NCBI GenBank assembly: GCA_013154175.1
Contig: JAADCZ010000060.1
Span: forward strand, 7,530-71,529
DNA: 64,000 nt
DNA from: Thermodesulfobacteriota bacterium
Lineage (GTDB): Bacteria > Desulfobacterota > Dissulfuribacteria > Dissulfuribacterales > QOAL01
Direction of reading: 5' to 3'
Both the position numbers and the translations under genes were made by a program. Position 1 is the first letter of the stretch; every line of letters begins with the position of its first letter. Shown in pieces: positions 39,627 to 48,609 of the stretch. The notes under the pieces are model-generated. The model was not told where the DNA came from, searched no databases, and saw only the letters and a program-made list of their open reading frames with translations.

Positions 39627-41459
39627 GTGATGAGAAAGATAAGAAGGCTACCAACACACATTGCCAATCAAATAGCAGCAGGCGAGGTGGTCGAGCGTCC
39701 AGCCTCTGCCCTCAAAGAGCTTGTTGAAAATGCCCTCGATGCAGATGCCAGCTCCATTGAAATCTCCCTGTTGAGGGGTGGCAAGGAGTTAATCGAGGTC
39801 AAGGACAACGGTGTTGGCATGTCTCGGGAGGATCTTGAGCTTTGTATCGAGCCCCATGCAACTAGCAAGATAGACTCTGAGGAGGATCTTGCTGCCATAA
39901 CCACCCTTGGTTTTAGGGGGGAAGCCCTGGCCAGCATCGCAGCGGTTAGCAGGCTGACCGTGGCCTCGAGGCAGAAAGGAGCAGAGGGTGGCTGGAAACT
40001 TCAGGTGGATTTTGGAATGGTTGGCCCGGTTCTCCCTGAGCCGTGCCCCCAAGGTACGGTTGTGAGGGTTCAGGACCTGTTCTTGAAGACCCCTGCCAGG
40101 GCAAAGTTTTTAAAGTCGGATCAAACTGAGTACGCAAGGTGTCTGAAGGTCGTTCAGCTTTTTTGTGCCGCGTTCCCAGAAGTTGGCTTCAGGCTCAAGC
40201 GACAGGGGCGGCATGTCTTGTCCTGCAGGGCAGGTGCCCCCTTAAAGGAGCGCATAGAGCCTCTTTTAGGCAAACAGGCTATGGAGCATTTAAGAGAGGT
40301 GAAACGCACATATGCAGGCATGGAAATCTCAGGTTTTGTGGCAGACCCAGGAGGTCTGAGGCTTACTAGCAGGCACCTTTATTTCTTTTTGAATCGCAGG
40401 CCAGTTTCGAGCCCGGTCCTGTGGAAGGCCGTAAAGGATGCACTGGCAGGCTACCTGGTAAAGGGCAACCAGCCTGCAGGGGTTCTGTTTCTTGAATGCC
40501 CGCCTGAAACAGTGGATGTGAATGTGCATCCAACCAAGCTAGAGGTGCGTTTTCAGGACCCAGGCCATATCTACAGGTTGGTGTTTCATGGAGTAAGGGA
40601 TGCCTTGGAGAATCAGCAAGAGGCCTTCCACCTTGGCCCTTTAAGTGAGGTCTCTAATGTTGAAAAAGAGGTGGAAGGTGAACCAGATCGATCTGCCAGT
40701 AGTACATCCTCCTTTGACCTAACACTTCCGCCGTCATGGTTTGAAAAGGATGAGGCACAGGCCCCTTCAGCCTTTGTGCAGGAATCGTCAGACGAATCGG
40801 TCCCCTATGTTACCCAAACCAATAAGGATGATGAAAGATCGGAGGTTTCTGATGTAACTACCGAGGCCAAGGCCGAGGCAAGCTCAGGTGTTGAGATAAT
40901 AGGTCAGTTTGCCAAGAGTTACATACTTTTTGAACGAAATGGCAAGTTGACAGTCCTTGATCAGCATGCAGCCCATGAGGCACTTTTGTTTCAGGAATTC
41001 ATGGAAGAGCTCAAGACAAGAGGGGTCCTTTCCAGGCAGAACCTTCTGATTCCAAAGGTCATCGATGCGAAACCAGAGTGGATGGAGGGTATCGAGCTTG
41101 CCTTCCGCGTGCTTCAGCAAATAGGTATTGAAGCAGAAAGTTTTGGAGAGTCCCAAGTGGTTGTAAGATCGGTTCCTGCCCTTTTATCTGGCGCCAAACA
41201 GCGTGGGGATACAGTTGAGGAAACCGTCATAGAGGTTTTGAAAAATCCCCACTTGGATAGTAGTGAGCTTTTGAGGTCTTGTCTCAGTCGCCTGTCATGC
41301 TCCCTTGCAACCAAGGCTGGCAAAAGGCTTGCAAGGGCAGAGATGGAGGCCCTGGTGAACCAGTGCCTCGGTAAGGGTGTTACCAATTGCCCCCACGGAA
41401 GACCAATAATGGTTGAGATAGGCCTGGACGAACTGCACAAGAGATTTTTCAGAAAGTGA
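39627..41459 (+). CDS. mutL: DNA mismatch repair endonuclease MutL
   Basis: GHKL ATPase N-terminus (IAAGEVVERPASALKELVENALDA) and C-terminal endonuclease motif DQHAAHEALLFQE. This points to the MutH-independent type. Confidence 0.95.
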   Translation: MMRKIRRLPTHIANQIAAGEVVERPASALKELVENALDADASSIEISLLRGGKELIEVKDNGVGMSREDLELCIEPHATSKIDSEEDLAAITTLGFRGEALASIAAVSRLTVASRQKGAEGGWKLQVDFGMVGPVLPEPCPQGTVVRVQDLFLKTPARAKFLKSDQTEYARCLKVVQLFCAAFPEVGFRLKRQGRHVLSCRAGAPLKERIEPLLGKQAMEHLREVKRTYAGMEISGFVADPGGLRLTSRHLYFFLNRRPVSSPVLWKAVKDALAGYLVKGNQPAGVLFLECPPETVDVNVHPTKLEVRFQDPGHIYRLVFHGVRDALENQQEAFHLGPLSEVSNVEKEVEGEPDRSASSTSSFDLTLPPSWFEKDEAQAPSAFVQESSDESVPYVTQTNKDDERSEVSDVTTEAKAEASSGVEIIGQFAKSYILFERNGKLTVLDQHAAHEALLFQEFMEELKTRGVLSRQNLLIPKVIDAKPEWMEGIELAFRVLQQIGIEAESFGESQVVVRSVPALLSGAKQRGDTVEETVIEVLKNPHLDSSELLRSCLSRLSCSLATKAGKRLARAEMEALVNQCLGKGVTNCPHGRPIMVEIGLDELHKRFFRK

Positions 41460-42400
41460 TTGCCAAGGACAATTTTCCCAAGCCCTTTCCCATTGTTTCA
41501 GTTGTCGGGCCAACTGCCACTGGCAAGACGGCAGTGGCAATAAAGCTGGCAAAGAGGATAAAGGGTGAAATAATCAACCTTGATTCCGTCCAAATCTATC
41601 GGGGTCTAGATATTGGTTCTGCCAAGCCAACCAGGCAGGAGCTGGCAGAGGTGCCCCACCACTTGATTGACATTCGCGATCCCTGGGACGTTATGGATGC
41701 CCCATCCTTTGCTCGCATCGCAACAATGGCAGTTAAAAGGGTGATGGCAAGGGGGCGGGTTCCCGTGCTGGTAGGAGGCACTGGCTTTTATTTGAAGGCC
41801 CTGGAAGAGGGGCTTTCGACGCTTCCTGGCACCATGCCCGCCTTGAGAGACCAGGTTAAAGAGATGATAAGGCTAAAGGGGCACGAGGAGATTCATAAAA
41901 CTTTGCAGACCCTGGATCCCCAGCGTGCATCACAGATCCACCCTAGAGACACCTACAGGCTTGCACGGGCCCTCGAGGTCCTTTTGTCTGGCGGAGGGGC
42001 CAGCTATCAAGAACTTTGTCAAAGACATCGCTGGAGGCCCTTGGAGGAGGGGATGTACATCTTCAAAATAGGACTTATTTTTTCAAGACACAAATTATAC
42101 AGTCGCATAGACAAACGGGTGGACATGATGCTTGAGCAAGGTTTTTTGGAAGAAGTTATCCAGCTATTAAAAAAGGGGTTGAGTCCGGCCTTAAAGCCCT
42201 TGCAATCCATAGGGTACCGACATATTATCTCGTACCTTTTAGGTGAAAAGGAGTTGAGTCAGGCCATTTTTGAAATGAAGCGGGATACGCGAAGGTATGC
42301 CAAGAGACAGATTACATGGTTTAGAAAGGATCCAAGCATAAAATGGTTTAATCCGGAGCAGCTAATGAATGCATCCGATATCTGGAAGGCTGTGAATTGA
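41456..42400 (+). CDS. miaA: tRNA dimethylallyltransferase
   Basis: P-loop GPTATGKT, LDSVQIYRGLDIGSAKP and HHLID motifs. Confidence 0.95.
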   Translation: MIAKDNFPKPFPIVSVVGPTATGKTAVAIKLAKRIKGEIINLDSVQIYRGLDIGSAKPTRQELAEVPHHLIDIRDPWDVMDAPSFARIATMAVKRVMARGRVPVLVGGTGFYLKALEEGLSTLPGTMPALRDQVKEMIRLKGHEEIHKTLQTLDPQRASQIHPRDTYRLARALEVLLSGGGASYQELCQRHRWRPLEEGMYIFKIGLIFSRHKLYSRIDKRVDMMLEQGFLEEVIQLLKKGLSPALKPLQSIGYRHIISYLLGEKELSQAIFEMKRDTRRYAKRQITWFRKDPSIKWFNPEQLMNASDIWKAVN

Positions 42401-42930
42401 ATCTACCCAATCTTTTAACTATACTTCGGATTCTTCTAACTCCGCTTCTCGTAATCTTCCTTATCAATAAACGTTTTGAGCTTGCCTTCGCGGTTTTTGT
42501 AGTGGCAGGGCTGTCCGACGGTCTTGATGGCCTTCTGGCCAGGGTGATGAAACAGAAGACAAAGATAGGTGCCATCCTGGACCCTATAGCAGACAAGGCC
42601 CTCCTTGCCTCGGCCTACATCACACTGGCAGTGATTGGTCTTTTGCCCAACTGGCTGGCAGTGACGGTCATAAGTCGGGACATAATAATTGTCTTTGGGG
42701 TCCTGGTGCTGCTACTCTTTCACTCTGGAATTGAGATTCATCCCACCATCATCAGCAAGCTTACGACCCTGTTCCAGTTGCTCACGGTCTTCATTGTTTT
42801 GTTCTCAACGGTGACTCTTATAGACCTTGAAAGAATGAAATTTTGCTGCTATGTGGTCACGGCAATTCTTACGGTGGCCTCTGGGCTGGACTACCTCTAC
42901 AAGGGTATTTTGATGTTGGGCAACGAATAG
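42397..42930 (+). CDS. CDP-alcohol phosphatidyltransferase family protein (PgsA-like)
   Basis: Motif DGLDGLLAR-x8-G-x3-DPIADK in a 177-aa polytopic protein. TTG start overlaps the miaA stop (TTGA). Confidence 0.8.
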   Translation: MNLPNLLTILRILLTPLLVIFLINKRFELAFAVFVVAGLSDGLDGLLARVMKQKTKIGAILDPIADKALLASAYITLAVIGLLPNWLAVTVISRDIIIVFGVLVLLLFHSGIEIHPTIISKLTTLFQLLTVFIVLFSTVTLIDLERMKFCCYVVTAILTVASGLDYLYKGILMLGNE

Positions 42931-42984
42931 CTTGAACTGCTGGAAAATGTATGGTAAATAGGACGCGTTTTGCAGAAGTGGCAG

Positions 42985-43061
42985 CGGGGCGTGGCGCAGT
43001 CTGGTAGCGCATCTGCTTTGGGAGCAGAGGGCCGGGGGTTCAAATCCCTCCGCCCCGACCA
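42985..43061 (+). tRNA. tRNA-Pro (anticodon TGG), CCA encoded
   Basis: The cloverleaf folds by hand: acceptor CGGGGCG/CGCCCCG, D arm GCGC..GCGC, anticodon arm TCTGC-TTTGGGA-GCAGA, T arm GGGGG-TTCAAAT-CCCTC, then discriminator A and CCA. Confidence 0.95.
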
Positions 43062-43149
43062 TTTCCTTCATCCTTCCAAGTTGTAACTGTCTTAAATCCT
43101 TCTAGGTCCCATCACGTGTGGTTTCCTTAGAGTGCTTACATAAAAAGTG

Positions 43150-43179
43150 TTTGACATTTCTAAGAAGTAAAAGGTATCC
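43150..43179 (+). promoter_or_regulatory. candidate sigma-70 promoter for ispA-dxs
   Basis: -35 TTGACA (43150-43155), 18-nt spacer and -10 TATCCT (43174-43179). Confidence 0.35.
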
Positions 43180-43236
43180 TAGTAGGTCTAATCTTTTTCC
43201 AATTTGCTAATTTTTCCAATAGTTTTCCACAGTAAA

Positions 43237-44136
43237 ATGAGTGAATTTCATCTCAAAGAATATATCCAAAAACGCAAGCAACTGGTTGATGAGCACCTAG
43301 ACAGACTTCTTCCGCAACCTGAAGGGCCATCTGGAAAGGTGGTCGAGGCCATGAGGTACAGCATTTCTGCCGGGGGCAAGAGGGTACGCCCCATCCTCAT
43401 GATGGCAGCGTGCGAGGCTGTCGGAGGCGATTTTTCCACCATCCTGCCTGCTGCATGCGCCATGGAGTGTGTTCACACCTATTCCTTGATACACGACGAC
43501 CTGCCAGCCATGGACGATGACGACCTGCGCCGTGGCAAGCCCACATGTCACAAGGTCTTCGGAGAGGCGATAGCAATACTGGCAGGAGACGGGCTGTTGA
43601 CCTATGCCTTCGAGCTCATGACCCATCCGGAGTTGACCTCCTATGTGGGAGGGCGCATACTGAACCAGGCAATCTCCATATTCGCCAAGGCCGCGGGCGT
43701 CGCGGGCATGGTTGGAGGGCAGACTGCAGACATTTTGTTCGAAGACAAACCGGTTGATGCGCAAACCCTTGCCTATATTCATCGACACAAGACAGGGGCA
43801 CTGATAAGGGCATCCGTTGAGATGGGAGCTCTTCTTGGCGGGGGGACCCCTGAACAAGTGGAACGCCTGTCTAACTATGGAACGGCCCTTGGGCTCGCCT
43901 TTCAGGTGGTTGATGACCTGTTGGATGTAATCGGGGACGAGAAAAAGCTTGGAAAACCTGTTGGTTCTGACGAGAAGAACAAGAAAGCCACATATCCAGC
44001 GCTGTTTGGTATCGAAGAGACAAGGAAGCGGGCTCAGGATCTAAAAATGGAGGCCCTTGATGCACTTTCTGGATTTGGGTCTGAAGCAGAGCCTCTGAGG
44101 GCCATTGCCATCTATGTTGTCGAAAGAGACAGGTAA
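43237..44136 (+). CDS. ispA: (2E,6E)-farnesyl diphosphate synthase / polyprenyl synthetase
   Basis: FARM motif [20 protein letters not shown] and [16 protein letters not shown] 43237 (MSEFHLKEY...) is the likely start rather than the track's 43204. Confidence 0.9.
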   Translation: MSEFHLKEYIQKRKQLVDEHLDRLLPQPEGPSGKVVEAMRYSISAGGKRVRPILMMAACEAVGGDFSTILPAACAMECVHTYSLIHDDLPAMDDDDLRRGKPTCHKVFGEAIAILAGDGLLTYAFELMTHPELTSYVGGRILNQAISIFAKAAGVAGMVGGQTADILFEDKPVDAQTLAYIHRHKTGALIRASVEMGALLGGGTPEQVERLSNYGTALGLAFQVVDDLLDVIGDEKKLGKPVGSDEKNKKATYPALFGIEETRKRAQDLKMEALDALSGFGSEAEPLRAIAIYVVERDR

Positions 44137-44152
44137 AAGGAGTTTAAATAAT

Positions 44153-46078
44153 ATGTCAGGCATATTGGATAAAATAAATAGTCCGCAGGATTTAAAAAAT
44201 CTCAGCCAAAAGGAGCTTAATGAGCTCGCTAAAGAGATTAGACATACCATAGTGACGACAGTTGCGGAAAAGGGCGGTCATCTGGCTCCAAGCCTCGGGG
44301 TTGTGGAGCTCACCCTTGCCCTTCATTACTGTTTCGAATCCCCCAAAGACAAAATCATCTGGGACGTTGGCCATCAGGCCTATGCCCACAAACTGATTAC
44401 AGGCAGGAGGGACCGTTTTTCCACCTTGAGACAGCAGGATGGAATCAGCGGCTTCCCAAAGAGGTCCGAGAGTGAACATGACATTCTGGATACCGGGCAC
44501 AGTAGTACATCCATATCTGCCGCACTGGGTATCACCACGGCCCTGTCCCTCCTGGGCAAGGAAGGTAAGGTCGTGGCTGTGATCGGGGATGGTTCCATGA
44601 CTGCAGGCCTGGCATTTGAGGCCCTAAACAATGCAGGCCACTTGCGCAAGGATCTGATAGTCGTCCTAAACGATAATGAGATGTCGATATCCCCCAATGT
44701 GGGTGCCCTTTCCTCCTTTCTAAGCCGAAAGCTCACAAGCAGGCTGGCAACCAAGCTGAAGCGGGACCTCGAATCGTTCTTGAAGCGTTCAGAGGTTGGT
44801 GAAAACATTTGGCAGGTGCTGAAAAAGAGTGAGGATTCCCTGAAAAGTCTCTTGACCCCTGGGATGCTCTTTGAAGCCTTGCAGTTTGAGTATGTGGGGC
44901 CAATTCCGGGGCATCATATAGATACCTTGATCGAGACCTTTGAAAACGTGAAAAACGTTCCCGGGCCGGTTTTGGTGCATGTTCTTACCAAGAAGGGCAA
45001 GGGATATCCGCCTGCAGAGGAACATCCAGACCTGTTTCATGGCCTTGGTCCCTTTGACATCAAGACTGGCAAGCCCAAGAAATCCTCTGCCCCTAAGCCG
45101 CCGTCCTACACCGAGATCTTTGGGCAAACAGTGGTGAGACTTGCCAAGGAAGACTCAAAGATAGTTGGCATTACTGCGGCAATGCCAGCAGGCACGGGTC
45201 TTAAGGCCCTTCAGGAGGCGGTGCCAGACAGATTCTTTGACGTGGGTATCGCAGAGCAGCATGCAGTGACCTTTGCAGCGGGCATGGCCCTGGAAGGGCT
45301 CAAGCCAATTGTCGCTATCTATTCCACGTTTCTCCAAAGGGCCTTCGATCAGATAATTCATGACGTGTGCCTTACCAATCTTCCTGTGGTCTTTGCCCTC
45401 GATAGGGGAGGCCTTGTAGGGGATGACGGGCCAACCCACCACGGCGTCTTTGACCTGTCTTATCTGAGAATGATACCAAATATGGTTGTAATGGCCCCGA
45501 AGGATGAGAATGAGCTTCAGCACATGCTCTTTACTGCAGTCAAGCACAATGGGCCAGCAGCTGTTCGTTACCCCAGGGGCAATGGAGTGGGGGTAAGCCT
45601 CGACTGGCAGCTAAAGGAACTAGAGATTGGCAAGGCCGAGCTTCTAAGAGAGGGGAAAGACGTGGCCATCTGGGCCATTGGACATCATGTCCAGACTGCC
45701 ATGTTGGCAGCCGAGGAGCTAGAAAAGGAAGGAATAGAGGCAGCTGTGATAAATGCACGGTTTGTCAAGCCCCTGGATGTCAAGTTGCTTGACAAGACTG
45801 CCAAGGAATGTGGCAAGGTCGTCACCATTGAAGAAAACGTTTTGAAGGGTGGTTTTGGCTCTGCCATTTTGGAGGAACTGTCCAACATGGGTCTGGAGCA
45901 GGTAAAGGTGAAACGTCTGGGGCTTCCTGACAGGTTCGTTGAGCATGGAAGCCAGGAGCTTTTGAGGAAACAGGTTGGTCTGGACGTGGATTCGGTGGTT
46001 AAGGCCAGTAAGGAGCTCGTCAAAGGCGAAAAGGGCGAAGGAGTAGGGCAGACAAAGGTGCATTCCCTTTCTGTCTAA
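44153..46078 (+). CDS. dxs: 1-deoxy-D-xylulose-5-phosphate synthase
   Basis: [16 protein letters not shown]-terminus, [12 protein letters not shown], ThDP motif GDGSMTAG...NDN and a transketolase-like C-terminal domain. The start at 44153 avoids overlap with ispA. Confidence 0.95.
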   Translation: MSGILDKINSPQDLKNLSQKELNELAKEIRHTIVTTVAEKGGHLAPSLGVVELTLALHYCFESPKDKIIWDVGHQAYAHKLITGRRDRFSTLRQQDGISGFPKRSESEHDILDTGHSSTSISAALGITTALSLLGKEGKVVAVIGDGSMTAGLAFEALNNAGHLRKDLIVVLNDNEMSISPNVGALSSFLSRKLTSRLATKLKRDLESFLKRSEVGENIWQVLKKSEDSLKSLLTPGMLFEALQFEYVGPIPGHHIDTLIETFENVKNVPGPVLVHVLTKKGKGYPPAEEHPDLFHGLGPFDIKTGKPKKSSAPKPPSYTEIFGQTVVRLAKEDSKIVGITAAMPAGTGLKALQEAVPDRFFDVGIAEQHAVTFAAGMALEGLKPIVAIYSTFLQRAFDQIIHDVCLTNLPVVFALDRGGLVGDDGPTHHGVFDLSYLRMIPNMVVMAPKDENELQHMLFTAVKHNGPAAVRYPRGNGVGVSLDWQLKELEIGKAELLREGKDVAIWAIGHHVQTAMLAAEELEKEGIEAAVINARFVKPLDVKLLDKTAKECGKVVTIEENVLKGGFGSAILEELSNMGLEQVKVKRLGLPDRFVEHGSQELLRKQVGLDVDSVVKASKELVKGEKGEGVGQTKVHSLSV

Positions 46079-46106
46079 CGTTCGTCTTCAGGCTTTGAAA
46101 TGCAAA

Positions 46107-46146
46107 ATGACGTGGCAGATGTGTCAAAATGCCACGTCATTTTTTT
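46107..46146 (+). terminator. rho-independent terminator of ispA-dxs
   Basis: Perfect 11-bp stem ATGACGTGGCA/TGCCACGTCAT with a 12-nt loop, followed by TTTTTT. Confidence 0.85.
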
Positions 46147-46345
46147 GACTGAATATTTTTTGTCACACTAAATTTCAAATAAGCAAATCATACTTTAAAT
46201 AGTTTTTCCCATGGATTAGGCGATGTTTGTTTATCTTGTCTAATTATGATTTAATTTCTCTTTTTTTTACTAAAAGCCACTTTTTTCCTCTTCTTTCACC
46301 CCTTTTATTAAAAAAATCAAAAGTAATTTTTATGTTTTTCGATTT

Positions 46346-46361
46346 TGGCATACTCGTTGCA
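46346..46361 (+). promoter_or_regulatory. near-consensus sigma-54 (RpoN) promoter
   Basis: TGGCAT-ACTCG-TTGCA versus the consensus TGGCAC-N5-TTGCW, with correct GG/GC spacing. It sits in an AT-rich intergenic tract about 70 nt upstream of an SD+ATG. Confidence 0.65.
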
Positions 46362-46429
46362 TTTATTAAGAATCAAACAGAGACGGAAACGTGGATTGGT
46401 TAATTCTGACCGAAAACAGGAGTTAGGCT

Positions 46430-46552
46430 ATGATGTACTGTCTTAAAAATCCCAATAGGCGCACGCAGCCAGCTATCTGTAACAACTGTAAGCGGAAATG
46501 TGAAAGGGCAGGTAAACGTCAAAACAAGGGTAAGACCAGGAGTACGCGATAA
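46430..46552 (+). CDS. hypothetical 40-aa cysteine-containing, highly basic micro-protein (below the ORF-track threshold)
   Basis: SD AGGAG (46418-46422) lies 7 nt before ATGATG. Translation: MMYCLKNPNRRTQPAICNNCKRKCERAGKRQNKGKTRSTR, stop TAA at 46550-46552. 4 Cys and 13 Lys/Arg. Confidence 0.45.
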   Translation: MMYCLKNPNRRTQPAICNNCKRKCERAGKRQNKGKTRSTR

Positions 46553-46602
46553 CTCATTGATTTTATGAAAACAAGCCGGGGAGTGGCCATCAGCCTCCTC
46601 CT

Positions 46603-47457
46603 TTAAGTCTTGGCACGGGTTTCCTTAGATTCAATTGCCAAAACAGCTTCTTCTCCGCCAGAAAAACTTTCTTCATTTGATGGAAACTTCCCGGCTTCTA
46701 CCTCTTCTTTGAAGGTCAAAAATGCCTCTTTAATCTGAGGTGCAAGATTTACATACTTTCTTACAAATTTTGGGGTAAATTTCTCGAATAACCCAATCAT
46801 GTCATGGGTCACCAGGACCTGGCCGTCACACTTGTCTCCTGCTCCTATGCCAATGGTTGGGATGTCAATGGAGCGCGTGATAAGGGCAGCCAGGGCGGTG
46901 GGCACACACTCGAGCACAATGGCGAAGGCCCCGGCATCCGCTACTGCCAAGGCATCTTCGTAGATGCGTTTGGCAGCATCGAAGTCTCTTCCCTGCACTT
47001 TGTAGCCCCCTAGGCTGGAGGCTGTCTGTGGTGTGAGACCTACATGCCCCACAACTGGAATACCAGCCGCTACGAGGCAGCTGATTGTTTCTGCAAAGTG
47101 GCTTCCCCCTTCGAGCTTTACTGCATCACACCCGGCCTCTTTGAGGAATCTGCCTGCATTCCTTAGGGCATCCTCTTTACTTGTCTGATAAGACATGAAG
47201 GGCATATCCCCGACTACCAGTGCATGTTCCACTGCACGACTTACTGCCCGGCAGTGGTGGAGCATCTCGTCCATTGTCACTGGTACAGTAGAATCATAAC
47301 CCAGGACAACCATGCCCAGGGAGTCCCCCACCAGTATCATGTCTATGCCGCATTGGTCGATTAGGCTTGCAAAGTGATAGTCATAGGCCGTAAGCATGGT
47401 AAGCTTTGGGCCCTTGGTCTTTCTTTCCTTGATGTCAACGGGAGTAAGTCTTGGCAT
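46603..47457 (-). CDS. panB: 3-methyl-2-oxobutanoate hydroxymethyltransferase
   Basis: MLTAYDY...LVGDSLGMV...VKLEGG motifs. SD AGGAG lies directly after the rnpB 3' end. Confidence 0.95.
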   Translation of the reverse strand: MPRLTPVDIKERKTKGPKLTMLTAYDYHFASLIDQCGIDMILVGDSLGMVVLGYDSTVPVTMDEMLHHCRAVSRAVEHALVVGDMPFMSYQTSKEDALRNAGRFLKEAGCDAVKLEGGSHFAETISCLVAAGIPVVGHVGLTPQTASSLGGYKVQGRDFDAAKRIYEDALAVADAGAFAIVLECVPTALAALITRSIDIPTIGIGAGDKCDGQVLVTHDMIGLFEKFTPKFVRKYVNLAPQIKEAFLTFKEEVEAGKFPSNEESFSGGEEAVLAIESKETRAKT

Positions 47458-47479
47458 GGCCGGACTCCTAAAATAAAAA

Positions 47480-47853
47480 GGTCCTCGAGAGGGCTATAAG
47501 CCGGGTTCTGTATTCCAGCACAAGCTGGAACGATGATCATTCATCTAGGATGTCGGTCGCCCGACACCTCAAGCAACCTACCCGGAGACTCGGACGGGCC
47601 GCCCTCGAACGTCTCCCTATTTGGTCTTGCTCCAGGTGGGGTTTACCAAGCCTGCAAGGTCACCCTTGCAGCTGGTGAGCTCTTACCTCACCTTTTCACC
47701 CTTACCACACTTGAGTGTGGCGGTCTGTTTTCTGTGGCACTTTCCCTGGGGTTGCCCCCGGTTCGTGTTACGAACCACCTTGCCCTGTGGAGCCCGGACT
47801 TTCCTCCTGCCCGTCAATGCGGGCAGGCGATCATCCACCCTCTACGAAGGACC
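47480..47853 (-). ncRNA. rnpB: RNase P RNA, bacterial type A
   Basis: The reverse complement contains the universal blocks GGAGGAAAGTCCGGGCTCCACAGGGCA, GGTAAGGGTGAAAAGGTGAGGTAAGAGCTCACC, GGTAAACCCCACCTGGAGCAAGACCAAATAGGG, CCGGGTAGGTTGCTTGAG, CCTAGATGAATGA and ACAGAACCCGGCTTAT. These are nearly colinear with E. coli M1 RNA. P1 pairs GGTCCTTCGTAGAGGG with CCCTCTCGAGGACC. Ends are accurate to a few nt. Confidence 0.95.
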
Positions 47854-47869
47854 ACTAATAAGTTAATTA

Positions 47870-48589
47870 CTATGTCCCAGTCTTCAATGCGTAAATTATC
47901 CTCTGGCAGGAGGGGCAGAAAAGTATCCTCTCCTCCCTAAGGAGCTCATTGAACATTTGGGGTGGAATGTTCATGTTGCAGGCACTGCAGACGCCCTCAT
48001 CGACAGCTGCCACCACAAGGCCTGCCCTCTTGTCTGCCAGGAACCTGTACTTGGCTAAGAGGTCTGGCTTCACTTCCTTTTCCACCTCGTTGCGTTCCTT
48101 TGTAAGGGCATCGATCTTTGCGTCGTATTCCTTTTCGGCAGCGGCGATTCTCTTCTGTTCTGCGTCAGCCTCCTTCTGGAAGCCCTCTATCTCAGCCTTT
48201 TTCTTGTCAATTTCGCCCTTGAGCTGCTCTATCTGTTCCTCAAGCTGGAGAATTTCATCCTCCCTGGCCTTGTTGGCCTTTTTAATCTCCTCGATTTCCT
48301 TGGAAAGGGCCTGGAACTCGCGGTTGGTCTTAACAGCTGTAAGTTTCTGCTGGGATTTTTTCAGCCGTTCAAGCTCGAGTTCCAGTTCGTCTTCCACCTC
48401 TGTCTTCCTGGTTCGTAGGTCGGCGAGCTTGTCCTTTAACTCTTCAATCTCCCTATTTTTTTCCTCGATTGTCTCATTAAGTGCGTTGAATCTCTCTGGA
48501 AGTTTCTCCTTTTCCGCCTTGAGCTTTCTGATCTCAAGATCGATTCCTTGTAGCCTAATGAGTACTGATAGTTCCGGTTTCAATGTCAC
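47870..48589 (-). CDS. coiled-coil protein with C-terminal C4 zinc ribbon (COG1579/DUF164 family)
   Basis: Long heptad-rich region, then CSACNMNIPPQ...CPSCQRII. Located next to the Nif3 gene, as is commonly seen. Confidence 0.8.
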   Translation of the reverse strand: MTLKPELSVLIRLQGIDLEIRKLKAEKEKLPERFNALNETIEEKNREIEELKDKLADLRTRKTEVEDELELELERLKKSQQKLTAVKTNREFQALSKEIEEIKKANKAREDEILQLEEQIEQLKGEIDKKKAEIEGFQKEADAEQKRIAAAEKEYDAKIDALTKERNEVEKEVKPDLLAKYRFLADKRAGLVVAAVDEGVCSACNMNIPPQMFNELLREERILFCPSCQRIIYALKTGT

Positions 48590-48609
48590 TCACCTCTTTA
48601 TTTGATGTT

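Noticed and set aside
42985-43237. tRNA-Pro and tRNA-Met loci as possible integration sites of genomic islands
   Set aside because: I could spot no integrase, no direct repeat of the tRNA 3' end, and no phage or transposon genes nearby. The flanking genes are housekeeping.
46185-46252. Inverted 8-mers AAATCATA / TATGATTT, 52 nt apart, upstream of the sigma-54 promoter as a possible enhancer-binding site
   Set aside because: An 8-bp match in DNA that looks 70% or more AT by eye is expected by chance. It does not resemble any EBP site I know. It is kept only as a note for footprinting.
47533-47940. 135-aa ORF (and 47621..47866) on the + strand
   Set aside because: It overlaps the antisense of the RNase P RNA gene, and the region is explained by rnpB.
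47949-48605. 218-aa Ser/Phe/Leu-rich ORF on the + strand
   Set aside because: It is the antisense of the Glu/Lys-rich coiled-coil gene (GAA/AAG repeats read as TTC/CTT). It is a compositional artefact.
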